Of a stretch of DNA of 64,000 bases, positions 12,019 through 23,835 are shown one piece after another (positions within the stretch are counted from its first letter, which is position 1; the number at the start of each line of letters is the position of its first letter). The notes beneath the pieces are model-generated. The model searched no databases. It was not told the DNA's origin and saw only the letters and a list, made by a program, of their open reading frames with translations. A program made the translations under genes and the position numbers. This DNA is from Takakia lepidozioides (Eukaryota; Plantae; Bryophyta), in NCBI GenBank assembly GCA_030704615.1, contig CM060732.1:4216001-4280000 (forward strand), in the 5' to 3' direction.

Positions 12019-12300
12019 GTACATACGCGTTGCTTGTTGGAGAAAGGTCATTTGTCCTTCCAGCCGCCATTCTTCCTCGCATGGAGGAACCCTGGAGCTG
12101 ACTCCATGTACACTGACGTTATCGTGAAGGAGTGGCATCTGGAGCATTTGCGCGACTGCCCTTGGTATGTGGACCTTCCGCCCGGCTCGCTTGACTCATC
12201 CGAGTTCCAATTGAATCTGGATGCGGAGGCCCGACAAAACCTTGAGCTCAACCCTCCCACGTCTTCCTGTGGACTAGCAAGGCTTCTGCAGGGCATGGAC
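12019..12300 (+). pseudogene. Exon homologous to the first visible exon of the MTase-like gene at 16144
   Basis: LLEKGHLS..W.NPGADSMYTDVIVKEWHLEHLRDCPWYVDLPP versus LMEGNHLS..WSDPANDPTMYTAGILKDWSPSHFRDCGWYLDCPP; both start at an acag|gtac acceptor. Confidence 0.7.
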
Positions 12301-12789
12301 AAGAAACATGACGTCTTCCGAACCTAGTCGTGTACAGCAGATTTTAGACGAGGCAAGCCTCATGAAAATGAAGATGAGGGAGGAGGCAGCAGCTATTAGA
12401 GCCCGTCAGGCTCGTAGATTTGTCTTGGATTCTGCTAAGGAAAGTGGGGGAGAAGAGGCAGAAGATTCCCAGGAGGTGAGGTGGACAGTCCCCCAAGGAG
12501 AGGACGGAATTTTTGAGAGGCATAGTGGAACTGATGCATCACAGAGCTCGGAGGATGGGGGGGGATGAGGGGGATGAGGAGGAAGGTGGGGCAAGTTCCT
12601 CGGAGGGTGTAAGAGAGTAGTGCCCATTCTGGCTATGACAGTTATGACACACTTGTATAGATGTGGCTTGCCACAAAATTTGCAATAAAATGTTGCATTT
12701 CATTGCTATGACGAGTCCACTGGTGCCACATTCCAACTTCACATGACCCTATTTCCGTGCCTCCTAACCCTATTTCCGTGGACACACAA

Positions 12790-12855
12790 TGGTCCGCTCA
12801 TGTTTTTTTTTTTTTTCCCGCTCATGCTCATGCCGCTCATGAAATAGCAGCCCCC
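12790..12855. repeat. Putative MULE terminal inverted repeat (right end of family B copy 1)
   Basis: ccgctcatgctcatgccgctcatgaaatagcagccccc matches the termini at 38857, 51436 and 61397. Confidence 0.6.
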
Positions 12856-12899
12856 ATGAAAACCATGACTCCCCAAGAAAAATATTAAAAAAAACCATG

Positions 12900-15430
12900 A
12901 TTTGGCGTAGTGTAGGCTTCTCCACGGATGGGGTCAATCCATTCTCTATCCAGTCATTTAGTCATTCCACTTGGCCGGTGACCATGGTGAATTACAACAT
13001 CCCTCCGTATCTTTCAATAAGAAAAGGCCATATCATGTTGGCTACCATTGTACCAGGTGAGTGTTCCCATTCCATGCTTATTATTCCTTTGGATTTTACA
13101 TTAATCTTCTGACCTCTGGCGCAATTCAGATGAAAGATTGATGAGTGGTCAACGTAATCATGGAGTAAGATATGTCATTCATTATGAAGTATAATTAGCA
13201 TGGTGGAGCATTGAAACAATGATGTGAATGTCTCATAGGGAAAAAACAAGTGAAACACATGGACATGTACTTGCCACCCCTAGTTGATGAACTTAAGGAG
13301 CTATGGCTCGGGGGGTCCCGACATTGGATGTTTTACTTGACCCTATGGCCGGACAATCTTTTCAGATGAGAGGCATCTTGATTTGGACAATGCATGATTA
13401 TCCAGGTATATTATGTTCCCCACGAAGAATCCGCATACAGTTACTTGTCAAGGGATAATATCGACGAGGATTGGGATTGATTGAAGTAGCGGCAACAGTC
13501 TTAGTGGGGTAGATGGCACTATGGGTGATGCACATGACAACTTTTTGTCTTTGCTAATGTGGTGGGATGTGTATAGGACTAACTGTTTGCTCGGGGCTGA
13601 GCACCAGAGGGTACCACGCATGCCTGCATTGTGGCGATGAACTTGATGCACATAGCTCCCGCCATCTTTGCAAGATGGTGTATCCCAACTACCGCAAGTT
13701 TTTTCCTTTGAGCCATCCATGGAGAAGAAGAGACAAACACTTGTTTGATGGCAAAGAGGAGGTACGTCCCCCCCCCGTGACACCATCCATGCAATTTTGG
13801 GAAGACCGATGGAAGGAGGCCCATGCGGACACGGTCGGCGAAGTGGAGGTGCCCGGCATGAAGTGACTTTCAATCTTCTATGAGTTGTCATATTGGGTGG
13901 TACATATTCCACAAAAACACCATCAATAGCATTATACATGCATGTGATATTGCACATTTTGTATGAGTTACATTGTCACTTTCACGCCGCGATATTTGTG
14001 TAAGTATTTGTGGGTGGGGATATATGTAGGACCTGAAGATTTTCCATCTTCTAGATCCCATGCATATTGAGCTCGTCCCCTTTTCGGGTTCTTCATGGCA
14101 CGCCGGCAAAAAAAAGAGTGGTTGCAAAAGAAAATTCTCTCAATGTTAGAAAGGAGCTTGAGGAGCAAGGTTGCATGCCCCATCTATGGGCCTCAGAAAA
14201 TGGTGTGGACCCAAAGGGTGTTGTACGGTGAAAGTATAGGCGTGCACCTTGGCAATGGACAAAGGAGGAATACAAGAAAGTGATAGCCACCATAAATGTT
14301 GTCCGAACACCAACTGGTTATGGCTCATCACTCCGTATGAAGTTCAACAAAGACGGGGTCCATGGTTTGAAGTCTCATGACTACCACAATATTTTGCAAT
14401 ACATCTTGCCCATTGCAGTATGTGGGACATTGACTCCCGAGGTTTGCGAGACAATCTATAGATTGAGAGGCTTGTTCCGGTGGATTTGCTCCAAAGAGTT
14501 GGAGGAAATGGATTTTCCACGCATGAAGAGGGAGACGGCGGAGGTAATGTGTATGTTGGAGATGCACTTTCCTCCCTCATTCTTTGACATCCAAGTAGTA
14601 GTGCACTTAGTGGAAGAGGCTTCCACTGTCGGCCCTATTCATTCTCGGTGGATGTACTTCCTTGAGCATTATATGAAGACTTTGAAAGCATTTGTAAGAC
14701 AAATGGCGCACCCAGAGGGTAGCATGGCGGAGGGGTATACGTTGCAAGAAGCTATGTTCTATTGCATGGAGTACATGGCAAGGGTGGATGAGGAAGCCCC
14801 TCGGATGTGAAAGGAAGAGGAGGATGCACGAACCAATGACATCGTTTTGCCCAAAAAGTCGAAGCGGGTAAAATTGCTGATCATGGTGATTGAGCAAAGT
14901 TCATACTGAGAACGTATGTGTCTTTTCCATTGGACACAATCCCTGGATAAACACACAAAGGCAGACATCAAGCCAGATATATACATTAGTGGGAGGCAAG
15001 ATACAATAACCTTGTTCAGCAACGAGAGGAGGAGACGGTTGCATGGAGGCGGAACCATGCAAGGGAGACTAGACGTGATCCACGAGCAAGGGGCCGACGT
15101 GGGAATGTTCTTCAGAAGATTTGCCCATGGAATTGCAGCCTCTAAGTTCATTCCGCCATTGGCTTTGGACTGAAGTTGAGGACGCCATTGCTCGTCGTGA
15201 GGTGGTTTCAGATTTGCTGTAAGACATTGCAATGGGCCCCTCTCAATTCACGACCTCATACACGACGGTTTGGGTTCACGGTCGTCATTTCCGCATTCAT
15301 GCTCTTGACATGAAGCGCAAAACAACGTTTGATTCTGGCTTGTGTGCCACATATTGGCAAGACTCCGTGTGGGGCAAGAGAGATACACAACCTACCCTGA
15401 GCAAATTTGACTACATTGGAGAGCTTTGTA
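12900..15430 (+). pseudogene. CACTA/EnSpm TnpD-type transposase remnant (Transposase_21, DUF4218 and partial DUF4216 regions), with introns
   Basis: GFSTDGVNPF..TWPV..NYNIPP; WTMHDYPG; GYHACLHC; GLKSHDYH; FPPSFFDI..HL..GP.HSRWMYFLE.YMK.LK; HPEGSMAEGY. GT-AG introns, stops and frameshifts. Confidence 0.92.
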
Positions 15431-15439
15431 AGTTTTTGT

Positions 15440-16010
15440 AATGTCCATAGAGTTTACAGTGAGGGTTCCTAAATTCAGTTTGCTGAATGTCAATGCAGAC
15501 ATTCAGTTGTTCTGCATTGCTTTTGCCTCTTGCGAGAAATCTTGAGGCTTGATTAGCTGTGTTATCAGAGATCCAAAGTGAATGTCGTTGACGACATTCA
15601 CTTCTATGTTTGTGTCATTCACCAGCGACAATTTGAATTTACATGGATTGGGAGCTAAGGGTGTATTAATTGGTTCTTTGTTCGTAATTTTGTGAATGGC
15701 GTTGACGCCATTCACATCCAGTGTTATTATGAGGTCCTCAGTGTTATGTTCATTATGAATGTCCATTGAGTTTTTGGGGAGGGTTCCTTACTCGAGTTTC
15801 TGATTTCCATCCAATGATTTTGCCTCTTTTGAGAAATCATTAGGCGATTAGTAGTGTATTCACAAATCCAAAGAGAATGTCGTTGACGACATTCACTTCT
15901 ATGTCTGTGTCATTCCAAAGCGAGAGTTTGCATTCACGTGGATTAGGGTGTATTTACAGTATCATTGAATGGAATGTTTTGAATGGCGTTGACGACATTC
16001 ACATCCGGAG
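15440..16010. repeat. ~295-bp degenerate duplication with GAATG(T/G)CGTTGACG(A/C)CATTC palindromes
   Basis: Palindromes at ~15580, 15694, 15875 and 15981, plus a degenerate one at ~15485. Confidence 0.75.
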
Positions 16011-16143
16011 CTGTCGTGTGGTCTTGAAAGGTCCTTGGAGCAGTTCTCAGAGCCATTTCATTCCATGTTTTTTTCATTCTGTGCTACTTGCATCTTACTC
16101 ACTTCGCGCTTTGGTGGGTTGGGATTTATCTCCTGTTTAACAG

Positions 16144-18026
16144 GTACACGAAATATGTGCTTATGGAAGGAAATCACCTGAGCGGTATTCCAGATTATCT
16201 TGACATGTGGTCGGACCCTGCAAACGATCCAACCATGTATACTGCAGGGATATTGAAGGACTGGAGTCCTTCTCACTTCAGAGACTGTGGCTGGTACCTT
16301 GACTGCCCACCGGAGCACACGACCTTTCAAGAACAACATATGAAATATTTGAACAATAATGCAGAGATGTTGGCTCCTCTGACTGATGAAGAATACCAAA
16401 GAAACATAGCAACATTGGCTGCCAAGGAGCCTGATGCTCAGGGAACGCCGCAGAAGGGAAAGAAGGCGGGCCGCAAACCAAAAGACAAGGCTCTTGATGT
16501 CATAGCCAACTCACCAGCAAAGCCAAAGGACAAAGACAAGTCCAAAGAGAAGGAAAAAGACAAGGGGAAGGAGAAAGAAAAGGAGATGGAGAGTGGGCAG
16601 GACTTCACTGCTGGAAGATATACCCGCACAGTTCAGTGCGTGTTCGATGCCAAGCCACACCCTTCCCGTTCTGATTCGGCAGGAGAGATTAAAATTGTCA
16701 ATGAGGGTTGGCTGTCGATGATGCAGAGTCGAAAGAGAGGATACACTGGGGTGCCTTGGCCTACCTGGGACAACATAATCTCATTCCTCAATCTGGTGAG
16801 AATTCCAGTTTCTTTCCTTTTTCTCTGAAAGTTTCATTGGCAGTATTTCAGTCTGGTTCTTTGAAAACATTCTTGCCATCATTCTTAAAAAAAACATGTC
16901 TGTTGCAGGTGAGCACAGGTCCCACCTTGGTGTGCGGTGTGCAGAAAACATATGCGGCTGACATTGTCATTCTCGACATCCCGGATGGCCAGGCTGTGCC
17001 AGAAGTTCTTCCAAAGGGCAAGACACCAGGCTGGAACAAATTTGAGGACAACTACTGGAGTTGGGTGTTCGGGTTCTGTAATAATTTCCTCTCTGATGCA
17101 GGGACACTTCTGCTTTTTCAGTCATGTGACAAAGATAGTCGTCGGGCATTGGCATCATACCTGAAGTCTTCAGGGTTTGAAGTTTTGCGCACATGGAATT
17201 GTGTGAACAACCTCTACCTTGTGAAAGGGGGTTTCCCTGGTCAGTTGGTATGCCGTCTCCCTTCTGCTTGTGCTTTCATGATGAGTTTCAATGTTCTCTG
17301 CAGCTCCACTCTAGAAGAATCTATCATGATCGACACCGATCATCACCGATTCGTGATAAAAATGATTGTTTTGTGCCTGAGTTCTGAATAGCCGATGTAC
17401 ACACTTCCACTATAGATTGTGTTTACCACACTAACCTGCTATCTTTGGCAGACGAGGATGTTTGAGGCGATCTGCCTACGGAGGATTCGCACCTCAAAGA
17501 CACCATCCTCCATCCGCAGCTTTGAGATTTCTGACCAGGGTTGTTTCGTCAACCCCCCCTATGAGCCGCATGTCGATGACTTTTTGTACAACTTCATGCA
17601 GTCCAGTCAGACTCTGAAGAGACCAGATGGCACTCCCTGGAGAGGTGCAAAGGAAAAATCCCCAGCGTTCATGCAAATACTGCTAGAGTCATGCAGCCAC
17701 CACTCTACACGGGTGGTCGATCTTTCTGTGTCCACAGGTTCGTTCTCTCCCTTCCAAATTGATTTTCTCTCACCAGTTCCATCTGCTTAAATCCCCCCCA
17801 CCAAACTGTTCATGTCCTCCTATTTGGTGCAGGAGCAACTTACCATGCATGCAAGGCAGGCGGAAGAAGTCTTTTTGGCATGGAGGGTGATTCTGACCTC
17901 TACAACACAGTGCTCCTCCCCCTTTTGTCTGGCTCCACTTCAGGCACACAGACTGATCGGATTCAAATTCGAAATGATGACGATCCCGAAGATAAGCAGG
18001 TCGACAACGACTTTTCATGTGAGTAA
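16144..18026 (+). CDS. Beta-class N4-cytosine/N6-adenine DNA methyltransferase-like protein, spliced (exons 16144-16795, 16909-17247, 17452-17737, 17833-18026); 5' exons not located
   Basis: Canonical GT-AG introns join into one open frame: ADIVILDIPDG (motif IV position)..WN..FLSDAGTLLLF..GFEVLRTWNCVN..EKSPAFMQILLESCS..RVVDLSVSTG|ATYHACKAGGRSLFGMEGDSDLY. This is the motif order of PF01555-type enzymes. Confidence 0.75.
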
Positions 18027-19324
18027 GTGCTAAACCCACTTTGGGAGTCATACTCAATTTCTCAATAACATCAAAGTTACAGTAATAACTTTTTCAGGCT
18101 GTCTTTCAGGAAAGGTAGCGGTGGATCTTTAGGAGATACAGTCATTTGTGACGAGTCTGTTTTCGACAGCCCCCTTTCCAATTTTTTGCTTCCTGATTAT
18201 GCCGAAGCAATGGCACTTCACGCGGCTGAGTCCCTATCCCCTGAATTTTTACTGCCCGGCCGTAGGTGTAGCCAGCGTAGATCCGGAGTTCTTAAATACT
18301 TAGACTTAGATGCAGAGGAAGTGGGGATACATTGTACTGACTCTGAGTCAGACTGAACTATGTTTTTTTAATATTCTGTTTCATCCTCTTTGGAAAACGT
18401 TGAATCCCCTTCCTCTACCGTAGTTGTTCCTTTGGAAAGAAAAAAAAATCAAAGAATCAACTACCATTTAAATTGCAATATGTATGAATCCATCTCACAA
18501 ACCTCCCTCACTCTTGTCATATCCATTGTGCTTTCATCTAGAGTGTATTCATGCGTGCTCCATTCATGAATGTTTTCTTTTGTTCAACATCCATTGTACA
18601 TTCATCCTCTGTACTCTTTAATCCACCCCACAAACCTTCCACACTCATGTCATATACGTTGTGCATTCGTCTAAAGTTTTAGTCATGCATCTTCCTGTCA
18701 TGAATGTTTTTCATTGCTCAACATCCATTATACATTCATCCATTTGACTCTTATCCATCCCTCATTCATCCATCTACATTCATTTTTCACACTCATCCAT
18801 CTGTTTATCATCCAACTGTACATTCATCCATCCTTTATTAATCTGTTGCTTTCAGGTGGGAATGACCACTGCCTTTTATTATGTCGTCCAGCTTGTTTCC
18901 GCAGTAAAGGGTGTCAATCCGCGGGAATACACTCCACTTCTTCCTGGGCGCGTGGTGACGCGGTCTTCAAGTGTGATGACGTGGAGTGAGCCCCGTGATG
19001 TGGCATTGGCGCAAGGTGACGTGGCGTGAGCGCAGTTGCGCTCACACGCTCACGTGACCAGGCTCACGCCGAGGCATCCCTGACTAGCATCCACCCTAAA
19101 TAAGATCACTGCTTGGTCTTCAATCGCACAAGTCTCAGTATCCGAAGTCGATAGATCAAGAGGCCGGGTGCAAAAGTAGCCCCATCAGCTGTGTCGGGCT
19201 GTGTAACCCCCCTAAAGCCTGCTGCTGCCACCCCTAAGGCTCCTGTTGGTCTCAGTCTGCGCAAAAATTAAGGGTACCCCACAAAACTCGTAAAAGCGTC
19301 TAAGTCCCAAACAGCCTTCTAACA

Positions 19325-19612
19325 GTTGCCTTCAAAAGTGTTGATTCTGGAGGGTCGAGATGGCATGGTATAGAAGGACCATGTGCGTAATTGTACGCCT
19401 GTCACCTTCCACATGTGCATGGGAGGATAGATCCCAATCTTGCAGTGGTACTTGTAGGGTTGCGTTGCATGCTATGTGGGCATGCTGGTGGTGCAGCCAT
19501 CATGCTGGTGTGTGATAAATGCTCAAGGGGGTGACACATGGGATGCTTGACACCGCCACTTGAGGAGGTTCATAGCGGAGAATGGTTGTGTCCACGATGC
19601 CTTGGACAGAGA
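19325..19612 (+). pseudogene. Second PHD-finger gypsy integrase C-terminus remnant
   Basis: DNA homologous to 1141-1424 (LILEGRDG..KDHVRNC..CMLCG..VCDKC..HMGCL..WLCPRC). An inverted copy of the 3' UTR motif lies at ~19148-19187. Confidence 0.85.
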
Positions 19613-19667
19613 TACTGGACATGACAATGGTGAGGTTGACAAGGACCCAAGGTCTAGTTAGTGGGAT

Positions 19668-19814
19668 AACACAGCCAGTCACATCCCGCCACAGCTTCAC
19701 ACAGCCCGTCACAGCCACCACAGTTTTGCTTAGCCCGTCACAACCAACACAGCCCGACACAGCCCAACACAGCCTTACACAGCCAGTCACAGCTCGGCAC
19801 AGCTTGACACAGCC
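19668..19814. repeat. ~10-bp CACAGCCnnn tandem repeat
   Basis: cacagccagt cacatcccgc cacagcttca cacagcccgt...; a short inverted copy lies at ~19188-19205. Confidence 0.8.
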
Positions 19815-20110
19815 TGTTACAGTACATAGGGAACAGTTATCATTGACAGGGAACGACTGTGAGGGAACGACATCTGCAGAAGGAACGTGTTACTTCAGGG
19901 ATGACGGTTAATTAGTTAGGTGGTTAGAACAGCTTGCGGGCAGATAAGGAGAGCGGCAACGGAAAGAAGGACACACTTCACGGGGAGCGCTTCGGGGTCA
20001 TGCAAGAGAGGAGATCAGGCGGGGAGCAAGAAGGGGAAAGATGAACAGTAGATGTTGATTACCGGCAGAGCTGTAGTGATACGGTAGGGCAGATTAGAGT
20101 CACCATGACA
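19815..20110 (+). mobile_element. Possible 5' LTR
   Basis: TGTTAC...ATGACA boundaries interrupt the decamer repeat and are followed by TTGGCC and two ORFs. The PBS was not matched to a tRNA. Confidence 0.35.
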
Positions 20111-20332
20111 TTGGCCTGATACCTAATAAATCATAATCTGATATTTATTCGATACAATCACACTGTGTAGAGAGACATGAGTGAAGCTGTGGAATGAATG
20201 CATGATTAATTGGAATTTAGTAGATACTGAAGCAATCTGATGCTTCAGTATACATGGTAAGGTAAATTGATAACATGAAGGCAAGAAGGAATACAAATAG
20301 GAAGCACAACCATGATTCACTAGCTGCAGGTC

Positions 20333-21025
20333 ATGATTGATTGTTCTGAGCGGGCTGAGTGCTTAGAGATATCCAACTCTTCTATCTTGGAGTTTCCACC
20401 TCGGATAGCGAAGGGATGGGTGAGTAAAAGCCGCTCGACATTTGGGGACCATACTGGGGACCTGGGTCATGAACAACCAGATGTGACAGGCATCTGGTGG
20501 GATCATGGTGGTTGGAGAATTAAAGAATTTGATGTGAATCAAATTCCCTGTGAAACTGAGAAGGAAAGATTGTCCAAACAATTCTTTCAGAGGTTCTTGG
20601 AATTGCCAGACGGTTGTAAAGAAAACATTCTTAAGAGAGTGCATGATGCTGACCCTGAGTGGGGTCTGGAGAAAGGAGTGATAAAGATTTATCAAGTGGC
20701 ATGTAGAGGAAGAGCACGTTGGTTACCAACACTGGTTTATGTGATAGCATTGCTATCCATTAAGCGAGTAGAGTTTGAAGGCTGGGAGGAAAGGAAGGTG
20801 AATGTTTATACTCATATGCAAGAGCTTGTACTGGTAAAGAATTGGATTCCAAAGGATATTCTGTGGATCAAACTCACACCAAGAACAGCTTTCCAGACTT
20901 GTTTGCCATATGGTTATATGGTAACGGAGACTTCTAGTATAGCCAAGGGTGCATTGAAGCTTGAAAGAAACCCAGGCATTTACGAGAGATACTACAGAAG
21001 AGAGTTTTGGTTATTGCCACATTAA
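20333..21025 (+). CDS. Unknown 230-aa ORF, probably a retroelement accessory ORF
   Basis: Uninterrupted ORF with globular-protein-like composition, 20 bp upstream of a gag-like ORF. Confidence 0.45.
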   Translation: MIDCSERAECLEISNSSILEFPPRIAKGWVSKSRSTFGDHTGDLGHEQPDVTGIWWDHGGWRIKEFDVNQIPCETEKERLSKQFFQRFLELPDGCKENILKRVHDADPEWGLEKGVIKIYQVACRGRARWLPTLVYVIALLSIKRVEFEGWEERKVNVYTHMQELVLVKNWIPKDILWIKLTPRTAFQTCLPYGYMVTETSSIAKGALKLERNPGIYERYYRREFWLLPH

Positions 21026-21045
21026 AGAAATGAAAGACATGGGAC

Positions 21046-21741
21046 ATGAGTGATGAAAGAGAAGCTAGACTCCAGAGATATTCAGCAAAAAGAGAAAGTT
21101 ATCTGAAAGCTAATTATCCATATCTTTGGGAGAGAGGAATAGACATAGGGGAATCATCTGGACCTCTCACACCATTAATATCAGAGAGTACATCACCCAT
21201 ACCGGAAGAACTAGAGTTGGATGCCACTCCTTCTTTTTCTTTGCAAGAAAGATTAAGGGAATTGGTACGGGAAGAAGATCAACCACGAGGTGAAATATCT
21301 GAGGTACATCCCTGGATAAAAGATTTGACAAAAATCTTTGATAAGAGTTGGCATGGAACACCAAAAGCAGGAACTCCAGTTTCTGAAACGGAAGGTGAAG
21401 AAGGAGGAGAGGATGTGGCAGAGCCAATGGAGAGTTCAGACTCTCCAACACCATTACAGTTGAGTTACATGAGTGAAGAAGAAACCCAAGGGCAGAACTT
21501 GGAGGATGAAAACAGAGAGAAGAAATTGGAAGAGGAAGAGTATGAAGAAGTAGACCCAACAGCTGAGGTTGAGACTACAACTAGGACATCCCAACCCGTT
21601 GGACCTGGATCAAGTGGAGCACTTGGATCACAGGCCAACGAAGGTGTCGGCTCAGGGGGATCAGGCGGGCAGCCTGGATCTGGCTCTGGGGGGACAGGGA
21701 GTAGAAGCAACAAACATCGAGACAAGTGGCTACTTCATTGA
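21046..21741 (+). pseudogene. Acidic, disordered ORF resembling a gag N-terminus; truncated
   Basis: E/S/G-rich low-complexity protein downstream of the putative LTR; no capsid motif is reached. Confidence 0.35.
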
Positions 21742-23139
21742 CAATGGGAGTGGTGTAGTGTAATGGTTGGGGATCTGCACAGCTTGTTCCTCTTTGATCT
21801 TCATTGTCAAACTGCATATTTGCCTTTGCTGCATGTGCAACCGCTGATTGAGGTGCTATTTAACAGCAAATTTCAGATGCCAGTATCATATACATATATC
21901 ATGACCTTCTCATCTTCACAAGTGCAGCCCAAGCCCCCCCCCACACCCAACCCAATAAAACTTCCCTTGCTAACATACTCAAATGGGACGACTTTGAAGG
22001 GGCGACTTTTAAGCCTCCAAATCCCTATGAAAATCAAAATATGAAGACGCAATCACATTGGCCATCCCTAGGACCACCATGTTCCATGAAACAGGCATAT
22101 GATTCCGGGGTGATGGCTCTGAAACGACGTAAACTTGTGACTAACAGAGTCCACCTCTATTGGGGTATAGAACAGGGCATATGTTTAAGGGTAATACCCT
22201 TACAATGATGTCATTTGCTTGTGACAGACTGTACCTCTACTGGTATATGCAGCAGGACGCTGTTTTTCAGGTGATACCCTCACAAAGGAGTACGCAATGA
22301 GTGACATCCATACATCACCCTCAGATGGTGTTCCAACTTCACCTTCATTATAGGCGACAGCCGTTGACAGTCGCCCTTTTAAGCATGACAATGGGCAACC
22401 ATAACAGCGGTCGCCCATCTAATGGGTAGTCGGGAGGCGCAGGAAGTGGCGGGCACGTTCATGCTTTACCTTAATAACAGTCGCCCGTTTATGGATGGCA
22501 ATAGGCGACCATATTCGCGGTCGCCCGCCTAAAGAATATAGGCCCGTGAGCACAGGACTTGGCGGGTTCAGCATTTTTGAGAAACACGGGGCGACCGTCC
22601 AAAAATGGAGGCTCCCAGTGATGCCACTTAAAGGATGTACGCTGTGACTCACGGACCATGCCTCTGTTGTGTCCTTGGAACAGGGCATGGACTTACAGGC
22701 AATACCATGGCAGGGATGTAGATAGTGGATTCCAGACTACACCTCTGCTGGTGTATGCAACATGGCGATGATTTGTAGGTGATACCTCTGCAAGGGTGTG
22801 CGCTGCGAGTATCGTTCCTCGAGACACCCACAGGGCTGACAAAGCGGACCGCCCCATATCGATTTCCTGGGCGGTCCACGTTGGCGCTCGGCGATCCGGG
22901 CTGGGGCCCGCGGGTGGGCCGGTTCCACAAGAGAATGGGTGACTGGCGGTGCCGTCGCCCGGCAGGTCGGGAAGCGGACATGGTAACGGTGGGCGACGGC
23001 TTCGTCGGTCACCTCTACGGCGGGGTGACCGCTGGGGCGGTCGCCCAGGGTTAGAATGAGAGTGTCGGGTGACCGACGGTAGCAGCGGTCGCCTGAGCGG
23101 GCCCGTGGGCCCCACTTAAGATGTATATCTTACATCCCA

Positions 23140-23640
23140 CTAAAATTAGGCCATACACTTTTGTGACTATGTATAAAATATGAACATCAAATGTAATACT
23201 AGCCTACTTAAATGACACTCATAAATCCATTTTCCCACACTTTTATATATGTATATGGCTACATGTATGAAAATTTGTCATCCATTTTATTAATATGTTA
23301 TGTAATATAGCACAAGCTCATTTAAATGGCATTCCTAAATCCATTTTCACACAGTTTTGTATATATGTATGGTCAGATATATAAGAATGTGCTATACACT
23401 TTTGTGAATATGTATGAAATATCAACATGTAATGTAATTCTAGGCCCAACTTAAATGACATCCTTAAACCCATACACACTTTTTCATATGTGTATCACTT
23501 ATTATATGAAAATTTGTCATACACTTGTTTTAATATATATAACATATCAACATCGAATGCAATACTAATCCTCAGTTAAATGATGATATTTCTAAAACCA
23601 CTTAGCATTTTTTTCATATATTTATAGCCTAATGTACTAA
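23140..23640. repeat. AT-rich degenerate ~120-bp tandem repeat
   Basis: ttaaatg(a/g)c...aaa(t/c)ccat...tatatgtat units at ~23208, 23322, 23451 and 23576. Confidence 0.65.
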
Positions 23641-23835
23641 TTTTTTTTAAAAAATATATCAAATAAAATATCAATCCAGATATCGAGGCCCATGTCGAGG
23701 CCCATGTATCAAGAATTGAAATTGAAGTTGGATGTTTGTTTAGTTACAAAGAATGTGTGGTACATGAACGAACAACAAATTGAGCAACAATGTAATGTGA
23801 TTCAGAGATTGGAATTAGGTGAAAGAGTTAGAAGT

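Noticed and set aside
17540-17565. FVNPPY as the catalytic motif IV of the MTase
   Set aside because: It lies in the variable region between the DIPD strand and the SAM-binding motif, where the beta-class order does not place motif IV. Probably coincidental, though a structural model should check it.
12900-18026. Firm assignment of the MTase-like gene to the CACTA element
   Set aside because: CACTA homology breaks off mid-domain at ~15430, no CACTA termini were found, and the second CACTA copy is not followed by an MTase.
23090-23120. Helitron 3' terminal hairpin
   Set aside because: A GC hairpin is present but I found no correctly placed CTRR end.
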